DNA of 64,000 bases from contig JBBDZC010000008.1 in assembly GCA_040900375.1 (NCBI GenBank), positions 2,182-66,181 on the forward strand. The letters run 5' to 3'. Positions 1-9,567 of this stretch are shown one piece after another. Each line of letters starts with the position of its first letter. Within the stretch, counting starts at the first letter, position 1. The notes under the pieces are model-generated. The model did no database searches and had not been told where the DNA came from. It was given only the letters and a program-made list of their open reading frames with translations. The position numbers and the translations under genes were made by a program. The DNA is from Candidatus Anderseniibacteriota bacterium. GTDB taxonomy: Bacteria; Patescibacteriota; Andersenbacteria; UBA10190.

Positions 1-228
1 AGATGAGAGGTCACAGGGAATGATGAGTGCCACCGGGATGCGAACCTCTGGCTCTGCCCAGCAGTCGTGCCGCCAGCCAGAGCCGAGGAGCGACAAGAGA
101 GCGTCGCCAATTTCAGGTGAATGGATCGCCGGAAGCTGATCAGGTTTGTAACCTTTCAACAGACCGGCACGCTGGATGCGGTGAAGCAGCAGCGTTTGGA
201 CTTCGTTTGGAGAAACGTGCAGGTTCAC
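1..228 (-). CDS. Hypothetical protein, N-terminal part only; the gene runs off the window edge. GTG start 8 nt downstream of a GAAGGAGG Shine-Dalgarno on the minus strand.
   Basis: Reverse-complement of 1-228 is open for 76 codons (MNLHVSPNEVQTLLLHRIQRAGLLKGYKPDQLPAIHSPEIGD...). Strong RBS ggagg at 236-240 (complement). No family recognised. Confidence 0.25.
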   Translation of the reverse strand, partial: MNLHVSPNEVQTLLLHRIQRAGLLKGYKPDQLPAIHSPEIGDALLSLLGSGWRHDCWAEPEVRIPVALIIPCDLSS

Positions 229-540
229 TTTCTGCCTCCTTCAAGAAAGGGGTTACACTGGGAAAGGACAACGAACTGTTGAGACTACATTTTTAGGATG
301 CGAGCGTCAAGCAAACAAAGCAACAGTCAATTTGGTTCCAAACCTTTTTGTAAAAATCTGAAAGCAAGTAAAAAATAGAACTAAGCTGGTTGTGGCATTA
401 GCTTAATGTCCCTCAAAAGCCTAATTTCCTCACAAATCTTATCCCAACCATTTCTGACTGCCTCTACCAAAAACCCCGTGTAAATAGCCCCGGCAAAATC
501 CTCAAATGAGTTGGGGGTGTTTTCTATCTGACCACCAGCC

Positions 541-888
541 CTAGGTTTGCGAGAGGGTCATGAGCGAGGGAAGTAGCGCCTGTAGAATGAAGTACCCAAA
601 CAGCGCCAGGAGGATGATGAAGGTAACCAATGACCAATTACGCTGGATGACGCGGAAATTGCACGTGCCATGATAATGCTTTAAGACATAATAGATGGCC
701 CCATCGAAGAACAGAAACGCGAGGGCAACGAGCCACCAGTGGTAGCGATCTTGAATTGCCGCAAAGAAGGCGGCGGCGGTGCCTAAACCTAAGAAGCCCA
801 AGACAACCGCGGAGATGCAGCACGACCACGCAATTAAAGCAGTGCCGATGCCAATCTTAACCCCCGACGAAAGCTTTCCCTGTTCCAT
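541..888 (-). CDS. Small polytopic membrane protein (about 115 aa from the internal ATG at 888), last gene of the HK/RR operon.
   Basis: ORF 541..990. The ATG at 888 lies 5 nt after the HK stop (TAA 893-895 complement). Hydrophobic helices (IGIGTALIAWSCCISAVVLGFLGLG, WWLVALAFLFF). Confidence 0.5.
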   Translation of the reverse strand: MEQGKLSSGVKIGIGTALIAWSCCISAVVLGFLGLGTAAAFFAAIQDRYHWWLVALAFLFFDGAIYYVLKHYHGTCNFRVIQRNWSLVTFIILLALFGYFILQALLPSLMTLSQT

Positions 889-892
889 AATA

Positions 893-2239
893 TTAAGTTG
901 TTGCCCTTGAAGGATGAATGCCTTTATGGTACGACAAAAGAATCTTTTTCGGCAAATGAATGGTAAAGGTTGATCCTTTCCCAGGCTCACTCGCTACCGT
1001 AATATCTCCTTCGTGGTGTCGGACAATCTCCCGAGAGAAATATAGACCAATACCAAAGCCTTCTGGTTTGGCGATGATGGCTTCATCCGTCCGATAAAAT
1101 TGAGAGAAGAGACGAGAAAAATCCTCTGGGGCAATGCCCATCCCGGTATCTTGTACAGAAAGCAGAACTTCGTCGGGTTGGACCAGCAGCGATATTGTAA
1201 CGGTGCCTCCTGCTTTGGTATATTTCGAGGCATTATCCAAGAGGTTTTTATAGGCGATCAAAATAAGATCCGGATCGATGCGCGCATATACCGCCTGACG
1301 AGGAAGATTCACGACCAGTCGCTGTTGTCGTGACGTTAGAATATCTTGGTATTCCTCAATAAGTTCCTGCAAGATACTTACCAGGTCCAGGTTCTGGGGA
1401 TGTAGCTGCCACTGCTCTGACTGGAACCGCGCCGCCGTGAGCAAGTTGCCGATCATGTGCACGAGTCGTTCATTTGAGCTGGCGGCCACCTGGAGTAACC
1501 GCAACTGTTCTGGCGCCATATTGCAGATTTTACTGTCACGCAACGCTTCAAGCGCGTATTTAATACGGGTCAGAGGTGCTTGAAACTCATGGGAAGTGAC
1601 GTGCATGATTGTTTCCCGCATGTCATCGACTGCCTTAAGGTGTTCATTCATAGTCTTAAGGTATGACGATTTTTTTTCCATTAGTGAGCGCAGTGAACGC
1701 TCGCTCAAGACCTGGGAAGCAAAATACCAAACAAAGACGGCCGTGGCGATCGTGGAGAAGGTAAAGATCGCCAGAATACTTAAGCGCACGCGAAGGGGAA
1801 ACGGCGTGCCGAGCAGGATATAGAAGAACGCCGCTTGCGTCGTGAAGAGGACAATAGCGCTATACTCCGAGATCGGATACTTGAGTCCATCCGCGATAAT
1901 AATGACGAAATAGAGGAACAGAACGAAGATTCCATATTCCCCCATGTGGCTGGCAATGTAGGTAATCAGCACCAGGTAGGCAATATCGCTGGCCATCAGT
2001 ATCGTCTCGTTCATATAAATCTTGGGCAGGAAAACGTAAAGACCAAAGAATCCTACCCCAATAATAAGGGAGAGGAGCAATCCCGTGCTGGTGATATCTA
2101 TCGAGAGTAAGTAGAGAGAAAAGACCAGGGTCACGAAAGAAAGAAGCGCCACCGTCCCTGTAATGCGCTGCACAAATTGTTTGTCAGGTAAGAGGGATGG
2201 CTTGGGTAGGATCGTGAGCATGTTGCTCCAGTGTAGCAA
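893..2239 (-). CDS. Sensor histidine kinase (polytopic N-terminal sensor, HisKA plus HATPase_c).
   Basis: H-box HEFQAPLTRI, then N/D/G boxes (LLDNASKYT, DTGMGI, GFGIGL). About 6 TM helices in the N-terminal half. Sits immediately downstream of the response regulator. Confidence 0.85.
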   Translation of the reverse strand: MLHWSNMLTILPKPSLLPDKQFVQRITGTVALLSFVTLVFSLYLLSIDITSTGLLLSLIIGVGFFGLYVFLPKIYMNETILMASDIAYLVLITYIASHMGEYGIFVLFLYFVIIIADGLKYPISEYSAIVLFTTQAAFFYILLGTPFPLRVRLSILAIFTFSTIATAVFVWYFASQVLSERSLRSLMEKKSSYLKTMNEHLKAVDDMRETIMHVTSHEFQAPLTRIKYALEALRDSKICNMAPEQLRLLQVAASSNERLVHMIGNLLTAARFQSEQWQLHPQNLDLVSILQELIEEYQDILTSRQQRLVVNLPRQAVYARIDPDLILIAYKNLLDNASKYTKAGGTVTISLLVQPDEVLLSVQDTGMGIAPEDFSRLFSQFYRTDEAIIAKPEGFGIGLYFSREIVRHHEGDITVASEPGKGSTFTIHLPKKILLSYHKGIHPSRATT

Positions 2240-2381
2240 AATTTTCTATCGATAACGAACCCATCACGATAGTTTGAGCCCTTCGGGTCTACTGCATAAT
2301 TAAAAAGACCGTAGGGGGAGAACCTACGGTCAGTCGTCTGAATACCAGGAGAGTGAAACCACCAGGTATTATTCTTTGGCG

Positions 2382-2987
2382 TCAGGCGCCATTAGGCCAT
2401 AAGGCCTCGAAACCAGCGATGATTTCCGCGGCGAGAGCGGCCACTTTGACTTGGCGCTTGCGGGCGGCCGTGTGCAGTCGTTGATAGGCCGTCGCTTCAT
2501 CGAGACCAGCCTTCTTCATGATCAAGCCCTTGGCGCGCTCGATAATTTTTCGCTCGGTGAGTGCTTGGCGCGCCTCGGCCGACTCTTGCTGGGATTGCTG
2601 CAACTGCTCAAAGCGGGCGACGGCATAAGCCATGACTGCTTGCAGCTGTTCCAGACGAATCGGCTTAACGAGATAGCCCATGGCCTGGGTGGCCACGCCT
2701 TGCTTGATCATCTCTTCGTCACCGCGGCCCGAAAGAATAATGATCGGCAGAGGTTTGTGCTCGTAAATTTGGTGCGCGGCCTCAAGGCCGTTCATGTCAG
2801 GCATCATGATATCGGTCACCACGACATCAGGGTCGGTTTCCAGGGCCTGGGCAATAAGATCGTGGCCGTTCGTGGCGGCCCCGACTACTTCATAGCCGGC
2901 GGCACGCAACAAGTGGCACAAGAGGTCGCGGATGTCCTCTTCATCATCGGCACAGACAACGCGGAGACGTCGTTTATCAGGTGGCAT
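2382..2987 (-). CDS. Response regulator with a C-terminal ANTAR RNA-binding antitermination domain (AmiR/NasT-like).
   Basis: Receiver domain (VVCADDEEDIR...DIMMPDMNGLE...K). C-terminal ANTAR signature (RKIIERAKGLIMKKAGLDEATAYQRLHTAARKRQVKV). Confidence 0.85.
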   Translation of the reverse strand: MPPDKRRLRVVCADDEEDIRDLLCHLLRAAGYEVVGAATNGHDLIAQALETDPDVVVTDIMMPDMNGLEAAHQIYEHKPLPIIILSGRGDEEMIKQGVATQAMGYLVKPIRLEQLQAVMAYAVARFEQLQQSQQESAEARQALTERKIIERAKGLIMKKAGLDEATAYQRLHTAARKRQVKVAALAAEIIAGFEALWPNGA

Positions 2988-3160
2988 ATCTTAGTTTTCC
3001 TGTTGGCAAAGGACACCCTGGGTTGTAGGGGAAGCCGCTATTAGCTAGCCCCGCTCATGTAAAATTGTAGCTCCATGATAACAATAAAGCAACGCATGTC
3101 CCGTGCGGAGCCGACGGTTTTATGCTATACTGCCAGCTAATAATCCTTATATTCCTGATC

Positions 3161-3424
3161 ATGGAAGATTCGACGCGCGGCGCCCTCGTGCTGGGTGCGA
3201 TGGGCTGGACCATTATCAGTATTGCCGTCTTCGTGCTGGTAATTTTACTCTATTTCTCGTGGATTGGTTCCCACTTAAGCGCTTCGCTTTTAGGCAGAGA
3301 TGGTAATCAGCGCGGTACCACTCCCGCGGCAGAACACTTGCAGAAAATTTGTGTTACGGCGCGCGCGCAATGTGCTCAGCGCGATCAGCAAATGTGTGAG
3401 GCATACGCCGCTCACTGTCTTTGA
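3161..3424 (+). CDS. Small membrane protein, hypothetical.
   Basis: ORF 3122..3424. TM helix ALVLGAMGWTIISIAVFVLVILLYF. TATACT -10 at about 3129. Weak RBS. Confidence 0.35.
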   Translation: MEDSTRGALVLGAMGWTIISIAVFVLVILLYFSWIGSHLSASLLGRDGNQRGTTPAAEHLQKICVTARAQCAQRDQQMCEAYAAHCL

Positions 3425-3442
3425 GCGCCCGGCCGAGTAATC

Positions 3443-5365
3443 TTAAGCAGGCGCTGGCTGGGTGGAAGGGCGGGGATGGTCAAGTGTCAAATTTTTCTCG
3501 GGGGCTGCGGCGCGCGCGGCATCATCACTCATTAACTGTTGAAATTCCACCTGTTCAATTGTTTCTTTTTCAATCAGCGTGCGGGCGATGAGTTCCAGTT
3601 TGCTGTTGTACCGCTGCAGAATTTCTCGGGCTTTTTCGCGGGCCGTGGCTAGTAGTTTTAAGATCTGCTCGTCAATTTTCGCGGCGGTTGATTCAGAATA
3701 ATTGCGCGCCTCGTGGAGTTCTTTGCCGAGAAAAATATATTCATCTTTCTGGCCAAATGTGACGGGGCCTAAATCCGACATGCCAAATTCAGTCACAATC
3801 CGGCGGGCTAAATTGGTTGCTTTCTTTAAATCGTTACTAGCGCCGGTGGTGATTTCTTGGAATTTATGGAACTCGGCCACGTAGCCGCCCATGAGGGTCG
3901 CTAACTCGCCGTAGAACTGGCTGCGGGTGTGCAGGTGCCGGTCTTCTTCGGGTAACTTGAGCGTGTAGCCGCCAGCATGGCCCCGGGCGATAATTGAGAT
4001 TTTGCGCACGGGGTCGGTGTGCGGCATATGGTAGGCCACCACTGCGTGGCCCGCTTCGTGGAATGCCGTGACAGCTTTTTCGTGGGGAGAGAGTACCTTG
4101 CTGCGCTTTTCTGGTCCTAAGAGCACTTTTTCAATGCTCTCGGCGAGGTTAACCTGGGTAACACTTTCTTGATCTCGCCGCGATGCTAAAATTGCTGCTT
4201 CATTAATGAGGTTTGCGAGATCAGCGCCCGAGAATCCGGGAGTCCGTTCAGCAATATTACGCAAATTAACTTCGGGGGAGAGTGGAACTTTACGAATATG
4301 GATCTTCAAGATCGCTTCACGCTCTTTAATGTCGGGTAGTTCCATTACCACTTGACGATCAAAACGCCCGGGGCGCAAGAGAGCGGGATCTAAGACATCA
4401 GGACGATTAGTGGCGGCTAACACAATCACATTGTCGGTCTGCTCAAAGCCATCCATCTCGACCAAAATTTGATTGAGTGTTTGCTCACGTTCATCGTGCC
4501 CGCCACCTAAGCCTGCGCCCCGCTGCCGGCCCACGGCATCCAACTCATCAATAAAAAGGATAGCGGGGGAATTACGCTTCACTTTGCGGAATAAATCTCG
4601 TACCCGGGAAGCGCCGACGCCCACAAACATTTCCACAAAATCAGAGCCGGAAATGCTAAAGAACGGTACGCTCGCCTCACCGGCAACCGCCCGGGCCATG
4701 AGCGTCTTACCGGTACCAGGAGGGCCAACCAGAAGTACGCCTTTGGGGATGCGCGCACCTAAACGTAGAAACTTCTGGGGGGTCTTTAAGAATTCCACCA
4801 CTTCCTGGAGTTCATTCTTGGCTTCCTCGTTCCCCGCCACATCGTGAAACATGGTGCGCTTTTTACCTTTTTCGGCATCAATGGGGCGAGAGGTCATCTG
4901 CCCAAAAGAAAGTGCGCGATTAGAAGCGCTCTGGGCACTGCGCATCATAAACCACAAAAAGCCGCCGAGTAGTAGGAAAGGTAGGAGCAGTGGCACTAAC
5001 GTCGAAAACCAGAAGCCTACACCGGAGGGTTTTTGGACAGTTAATTTAAGGTTACGCAGTTGCTCTTCGGTCACCCCGAGATTACGAAGAGTTTCGGTTA
5101 CCGAGACATCGCTCTCTTTCTGGGTAATGAGCTTCGTCGGCGAGTTATTGAGGGTCGCGGCTAACTCTTCTTGCTTAACTTCAATACTCTCCACATGACC
5201 AGCCTGGATTTCCTGAACAACTTTAGAGAGGCTGACCGCTTCGGTTTTTTCCAGAGGCCGGCCATAGAGCGCCACCAGGGAGGTGATGGTTAAGAGCACG
5301 AGTAAGACAATGCCAATATTTTTGAGAAAGTTATCTTTACCCATAGGGGAGAAAAAAGATGCCAT
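3443..5365 (-). CDS. ftsH: ATP-dependent zinc metalloprotease FtsH.
   Basis: Two N-terminal TM helices. AAA+ Walker [10 protein letters not shown], Walker [19 protein letters not shown] zinc-binding motif. 640 aa. Confidence 0.95.
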   Translation of the reverse strand: MASFFSPMGKDNFLKNIGIVLLVLLTITSLVALYGRPLEKTEAVSLSKVVQEIQAGHVESIEVKQEELAATLNNSPTKLITQKESDVSVTETLRNLGVTEEQLRNLKLTVQKPSGVGFWFSTLVPLLLPFLLLGGFLWFMMRSAQSASNRALSFGQMTSRPIDAEKGKKRTMFHDVAGNEEAKNELQEVVEFLKTPQKFLRLGARIPKGVLLVGPPGTGKTLMARAVAGEASVPFFSISGSDFVEMFVGVGASRVRDLFRKVKRNSPAILFIDELDAVGRQRGAGLGGGHDEREQTLNQILVEMDGFEQTDNVIVLAATNRPDVLDPALLRPGRFDRQVVMELPDIKEREAILKIHIRKVPLSPEVNLRNIAERTPGFSGADLANLINEAAILASRRDQESVTQVNLAESIEKVLLGPEKRSKVLSPHEKAVTAFHEAGHAVVAYHMPHTDPVRKISIIARGHAGGYTLKLPEEDRHLHTRSQFYGELATLMGGYVAEFHKFQEITTGASNDLKKATNLARRIVTEFGMSDLGPVTFGQKDEYIFLGKELHEARNYSESTAAKIDEQILKLLATAREKAREILQRYNSKLELIARTLIEKETIEQVEFQQLMSDDAARAAAPEKNLTLDHPRPSTQPAPA

Positions 5366-5545
5366 ATAATAAGGTAATCAATAGTTATAACCTTGTGGTA
5401 TGCTACCACATTCTAACCAAGATGAAAGTTTATGCGTTATCATGAGAGTGTGTCGAGGATGCCTAAAAAATAGTTAAAAATCAAGAGGTATCGAACAAGA
5501 AAATGGTTACCGCTGGTAATGAAGCGTCTATCCCTCTCGGCTTGG

Positions 5546-6166
5546 TTATTCGCCTTCGTACTCAAAATGAGCCTCAATTTTCACGGGGTGGAAGTACTGC
5601 AACTGCCCAACCGGGCCAATACCTGCCTCGTAAATAGCGGAACGATTGGTCCACTGGTCAGGAATAATGCCCTGTTCATCAGCAATACGGGCTAACTGTT
5701 TAATCCACCCAGCATGGGTAATGCAGCAGATTCTAAGCTTGGCATAGCGAAGAGCGAATTCGCGGAGCGCGTAGCGCACACGCTGGCGCACGTCCTCATC
5801 ATTCTCTCCGCCGAAGGTGCGAAAGTCAAAGGTATCCTTGCCGCGTTGCTCCTGGAAGGTGAGTGGCACTTCTGTCCAGAGCATGCCCTCGTAGTACCCC
5901 ATGGCTTTTTCCCGCAAGAGCGGTGACATGCCTTCTTTGAGTGATTCTTGCAGCAAGAAATTCTTTAAGACAGTACGCGTGGCGATCGCGCGCCCGAGAT
6001 CGGAAGAGAGTAAGACATCAATTTTTTTTTCCCGCAGCAAGGGGGTGAGCGCAGCTAGGTACCGCTCTGTTTCCGAAATTAGCAAGGTGCCTGGGCGTTG
6101 TCCCTGGATTCTGCCTTCTTTGTTTTCAAGGGTCGGTCCGTGGCGAATAAAAAACACTGTCGTCAT
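5546..6166 (-). CDS. Histidine phosphatase family protein (phosphoglycerate mutase-like).
   Basis: N-terminal FIRHGPT (RHG catalytic motif). Later ITHAGWI histidine. 206 aa. Confidence 0.8.
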   Translation of the reverse strand: MTTVFFIRHGPTLENKEGRIQGQRPGTLLISETERYLAALTPLLREKKIDVLLSSDLGRAIATRTVLKNFLLQESLKEGMSPLLREKAMGYYEGMLWTEVPLTFQEQRGKDTFDFRTFGGENDEDVRQRVRYALREFALRYAKLRICCITHAGWIKQLARIADEQGIIPDQWTNRSAIYEAGIGPVGQLQYFHPVKIEAHFEYEGE

Positions 6167-6478
6167 GGGACTATTGTACAGAGTATGCGCTACTTAACCA
6201 ATAATTAAGAGTCAAGGATTAGTCTGGCGATCTCTAAATATAAGAGATGTACGTTAGTGTAAAGAAACAGAGCAATACCGTTCTTGACTGGTTACGAACG
6301 TACATTACCCTATTTTTATGGGCGAAAAACGAATAACTGTTACTGAAAAAACCCAGATTTTTAAAGATGAGACATGAAGGTTAAAGCACCATACAACATG
6401 TGTCGCATTTGTTTAACGAAAGGCAATGATTATTTTAATCTCATTACCGCTACAATAAAATCGATCAGTAATAATTTT

Positions 6479-6553
6479 GTCCCCATAGCTCAACGGACAG
6501 AGCTACGGACTCCTAAGCCGTAGATGCAGGTTCGACTCCTGCTGGGGGCACCA
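6479..6553 (+). tRNA. tRNA-Arg (anticodon CCT), CCA encoded.
   Basis: Cloverleaf folded by hand. Acceptor GTCCCCA/TGGGGGC, D-stem GCTC/GAGC, anticodon loop CTCCTAA (U33, CCT, A37), T-arm GCAGG-TTCGACT-CCTGC, discriminator A, then CCA. Confidence 0.8.
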
Positions 6554-6568
6554 GTAGTAACTTTTTGA

Positions 6569-6787
6569 AAATCAAGAGAATGGAGCGATTTTGTCGGAAA
6601 ACTGCGGAAAGCTCGCCTTGAAGCAGGTTTGCGACAGATAGATATCGCCAAAAAGTTGAAGCGCACGCAATCGCAATCGTATGTGTCCCGTGTCGAGGTT
6701 GGTGAACAGAGGCTAGACATACTAGAATTAAAGAAATTTTCCGACTTATACAAATACAAAAAAGATTTACATTATTTTATCAAATAG
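6569..6787 (+). pseudogene. 5'-truncated XRE-family helix-turn-helix regulator remnant with no in-frame start codon.
   Basis: Frame open from the stop at 6566-6568 to TAG at 6785-6787. Encodes ...SDFVGKLRKARLEAGLRQIDIAKKLKRTQSQSYVSRVEVGEQRLDILELKKFSDLY..., a typical XRE HTH. The nearby ATG at 6580 is in another frame and hits TGA after 13 codons. Confidence 0.45.
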
Positions 6788-6846
6788 CAAAATTAAGTTG
6801 TACACTTGCTACATATTTATTAACTTAACGTGGTATAATAAAAAAT

Positions 6847-7404
6847 ATGAACGAATTTCTTAAGAAAAACTTTGCCATACTACTTGCTTTTATATTGCCG
6901 GTCGCACTAATAGCTATCATTGCTTTGAGTACTTATCTTCCGTCACTTTTTCTCTCCACCAATTATAACTTTATCTATTCATCTTGCACTGATGGTACGA
7001 ATTATTACTATTCATATCGTTGCGACAATTACCTCCAAAAACGCTACTCGGTTGTAAATAACAAATTGGTTGCCAATGCCGTTGATCCAAATCAAGATAC
7101 TGCCCGTATTTTCTTGCATGACACAAAAAAGAACGAGAGCAGAGAGATTACTTTAGAGGAAGCGCAGACACTTTCTCTCAACAGCCTCTTAACTTCTCCT
7201 GACGGAATTACAGTTTCAAGTTACTACGATAGAAATAATGACGGTGACTTCTTCTTTATTTTCGGTGGAGGTTCCTCATCTTATGGTTACTATCTTACAA
7301 AAGGAAAAAGTAGGAGCAAACTCAATCTTATAAATCGCGATGATCAGTATGATTACCGAGACAATTTCCAATTTGTTGGTTGGGTATTGCCCGGAAGAAA
7401 TTAA
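6847..7404 (+). CDS. Hypothetical N-terminally anchored/secreted protein, Tyr/Ser/Asn/Asp-rich, on low-GC island DNA.
   Basis: N-terminal TM FAILLAFILPVALIAIIAL. Strongly AT-rich codon usage, unlike the flanks. 185 aa. Confidence 0.6.
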   Translation: MNEFLKKNFAILLAFILPVALIAIIALSTYLPSLFLSTNYNFIYSSCTDGTNYYYSYRCDNYLQKRYSVVNNKLVANAVDPNQDTARIFLHDTKKNESREITLEEAQTLSLNSLLTSPDGITVSSYYDRNNDGDFFFIFGGGSSSYGYYLTKGKSRSKLNLINRDDQYDYRDNFQFVGWVLPGRN

Positions 7405-7418
7405 CCCCAAATATTTTT

Positions 7419-8399
7419 ATGAGTAAAGAAGAATTGCTACAAGAGCTTTCTACAAAAATAAGTACCGGTGAGATAAGTCGTGAAGAGGTGGTAAGTCGGC
7501 TAAGTTTGGCACCAGTAGCGCAAAGAACAGAAGTAGAGAGTGCGAATAAATCATCGCAATTTTCCGTAACAAAAATGCTATATGTTTTGGGAGCAGCTAT
7601 TGTGATTATTGGTATTGTTATTTTTGTCCATCAAATTTGGGACGACATCGGATCGTTTGGTCGCATATTAGTTACGCTTGGCCTCGGTCTTCTCATTGCA
7701 GCCATTGGATCGTTACTGCTTAAACAAAAACCAGAAGATACTATCGGAACAATTTTTCATTTCATTGGTGGCGTGTTGATTCCTGGAGGTGCCGTGGTAG
7801 CTCTTTCCGAACTTAGCACTCGTGGCGATTGGACAACCGCAATTACATTCGGTGTTATATTCGCATTTTATTTATTGCTAAACGCTATCCATAAAAATGC
7901 TGTTTTAACTTTTTTCACAATTGCAAATGGAACAGCCACTGTTTATCTCATCCTTAATGCAGTTGTTGGAGGTCCGTTCGAGGGATGGTTTGAAATAAAA
8001 GATATATATCAATATTTAACTATGGCCATGGGCGCGAGTTATCTCTTGCTCGCACATGCTTTCCGTGATGGTTGGAACAAGAAACTGATCAGAGTTCTTT
8101 ATTTCTTCGGTATCACTGGTTTTCTTGGGGCTGCGTTTTCACAAGTATTCGATTCAGTTCCTTGGCAAATGCTCTACTTTATTATTGTAATCGGTGGTCT
8201 TGCATTGTCAGTGTATATGAGAAGTCGCAGTATTTTGGTTATGAGCACTCTCTTTCTTATTGCTCATGTCTCATATATCACAAGCGAGTATTTTGCAAAT
8301 TCGCTTGGTTGGCCAATTTCTCTCGTCATTCTCGGTTTTGTATTTATTGGACTTGGATATATTTCAATCAATATTAATAAAAAATATATCGCAAATTAA
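7419..8399 (+). CDS. Hypothetical polytopic membrane protein (about 9 TM) on low-GC island DNA.
   Basis: ATG at 7419 sits 15 nt after the upstream stop. ORF in track 7380..8399. Many hydrophobic helices. AT-rich. Confidence 0.65.
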   Translation: MSKEELLQELSTKISTGEISREEVVSRLSLAPVAQRTEVESANKSSQFSVTKMLYVLGAAIVIIGIVIFVHQIWDDIGSFGRILVTLGLGLLIAAIGSLLLKQKPEDTIGTIFHFIGGVLIPGGAVVALSELSTRGDWTTAITFGVIFAFYLLLNAIHKNAVLTFFTIANGTATVYLILNAVVGGPFEGWFEIKDIYQYLTMAMGASYLLLAHAFRDGWNKKLIRVLYFFGITGFLGAAFSQVFDSVPWQMLYFIIVIGGLALSVYMRSRSILVMSTLFLIAHVSYITSEYFANSLGWPISLVILGFVFIGLGYISININKKYIAN

Positions 8400-8424
8400 A
8401 TTTGCGTGATTCTAATTGGGGAGC

Positions 8425-8466
8425 AATCCCCGCCGTTTTATGATATCGCCTAAAAACGGCGGGGAT
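8425..8466. terminator. GC-rich hairpin (aatccccgccgtttt / aaaacggcggggatt), a bidirectional terminator-like structure ending the low-GC insertion.
   Basis: Perfect 15-nt inverted repeat with a 12-nt loop, flanked by T/A runs on both strands. Confidence 0.55.
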
Positions 8467-8671
8467 TTGTGTGCGCACTGGGCGGACGGGGCAAGCACAA
8501 TACAAATTTGTACCGCGACCGAAGGGAGCGGACGGGGCCGCGCATTAGTTCTTGCCCTCGAAAAAGGTTCGAGCAAAGTGTATGATTACAGCACCACAGA
8601 TCCAAAAAGCCGGTTGGGTTAAATTATGGCTTATTTAAGGCTATTTAATAGGATTACCGTAGCCAGATATT

Positions 8672-8700
8672 GACATTTAGTAAAATATATGATAGTATAG
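8672..8700 (+). promoter_or_regulatory. Sigma70-like promoter (TTGACA, 17 nt, TGaTAGTAT extended -10).
   Basis: TTGACA at 8672-8677. TGnTAGTAT at 8692-8700. Followed by about 300 nt of hairpin-rich leader before the CDS at 9010. Confidence 0.5.
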
Positions 8701-9009
8701 CAAGTTACTAGATCGCCACTTAAAGTGGCAAGAAGCCCGGTAAAGCTAGAGCCTTGAAGCTTAAAATCACTAGATTTTTCCTTAACGCTCTGTCTTGACC
8801 CTCCTACACTGTCGGTCATTCACAACTCCATACACTAAAGACGCGGCGCACCCTACCCGGGATTAAAGACCCGTAAAGTGCGGCGCATGGTCTTACAGTG
8901 GCATGGCTAAAGTAAATCCTTTGGCCTTCCACCTATGGCGGTACACATAGTTATCTATGTGGTCGCCATTAGTGGGAGCTGCCCTAAAATTTTTACAATG
9001 GAGTAAGAC

Positions 9010-9210
9010 ATGAATGCCTACCAGTATCTGCTCGTGCTCTATCATGCTCATGAAAAAGCGTGTCGCTCCCAGCAGGACGTGGACTGGGCCAGGCTGAAGC
9101 GCGTGCTCCGGCTCAAACACAGATGTTGCCCCGGAACAAAATTGCCGGGAGTGCGCGAAATAGCGCGCGAGTGGGCCGAAAAATGTCACGCTCTGCATCG
9201 AAAAAAATGA
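9010..9210 (+). CDS. Small Cys-containing basic protein (66 aa), hypothetical.
   Basis: GGAG RBS 7 nt upstream of the ATG. Followed by a hairpin terminator. Confidence 0.4.
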   Translation: MNAYQYLLVLYHAHEKACRSQQDVDWARLKRVLRLKHRCCPGTKLPGVREIAREWAEKCHALHRKK

Positions 9211-9216
9211 CCATTA

Positions 9217-9249
9217 GGGAGACAACAACATTGTCTGTCTCCTTTCTCT
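9217..9249 (+). terminator. Rho-independent terminator (gggagacaa...ttgtctgtctcc, then T-rich tail).
   Basis: Stem-loop immediately after the TGA at 9208-9210, followed by tttctct. Confidence 0.5.
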
Positions 9250-9358
9250 ACGACTGTCGATTAAGTAAAGTCGCTAGTCGTGGGGGGATCACGGCCTAAA
9301 AGCACTACGCTTTCGCAAAGGCCAATTGGCGCATACTTTACGGCATAAGGAGTGCGAC

Positions 9359-9556
9359 ATGAATGATCCTTGGTGGAAAAAAGTATTGTCCGCCACCGCA
9401 GCGCTGGTGTTGACGTCGAGCCTCGTGCTGGGCATTAAAGCGAGCCTACTCTGGCTTGAGACCGAGTCTCTAACTATGCTACACATGGGAGGCTTACTAC
9501 TCGTCAGTGGCCTAGCTTTCCTGGTAAGCCTTTGGCACCCGGGGAGGAAAGACTAA
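9359..9556 (+). CDS. Small membrane protein (65 aa).
   Basis: AAGGAG RBS, then ATG at 9359 (MNDPWWKKVLSATAALVLTSSLVLGI...). Two predicted TM helices. Confidence 0.5.
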   Translation: MNDPWWKKVLSATAALVLTSSLVLGIKASLLWLETESLTMLHMGGLLLVSGLAFLVSLWHPGRKD

Positions 9557-9567
9557 GGAGAAGTCAC

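Noticed and set aside
27-296. 89-aa + strand ORF at the window start.
   Set aside because: No RBS and implausible composition. The minus-strand frame with GGAGG plus GTG fits better.
6580-6621. ATG at 6580 initially read as the start of a full-length XRE protein.
   Set aside because: That ATG is in a different frame from the HTH-encoding frame and reaches TGA after 13 codons. The HTH frame has no start codon, hence the pseudogene call.
6490-6759. 89-aa minus-strand ORF.
   Set aside because: It overlaps tRNA-Arg and the XRE remnant. Antisense artefact.
8416-8622. 68-aa ORF overlapping the GC-rich hairpin after the island.
   Set aside because: It spans a terminator-like perfect inverted repeat with no RBS. 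More likely non-coding.
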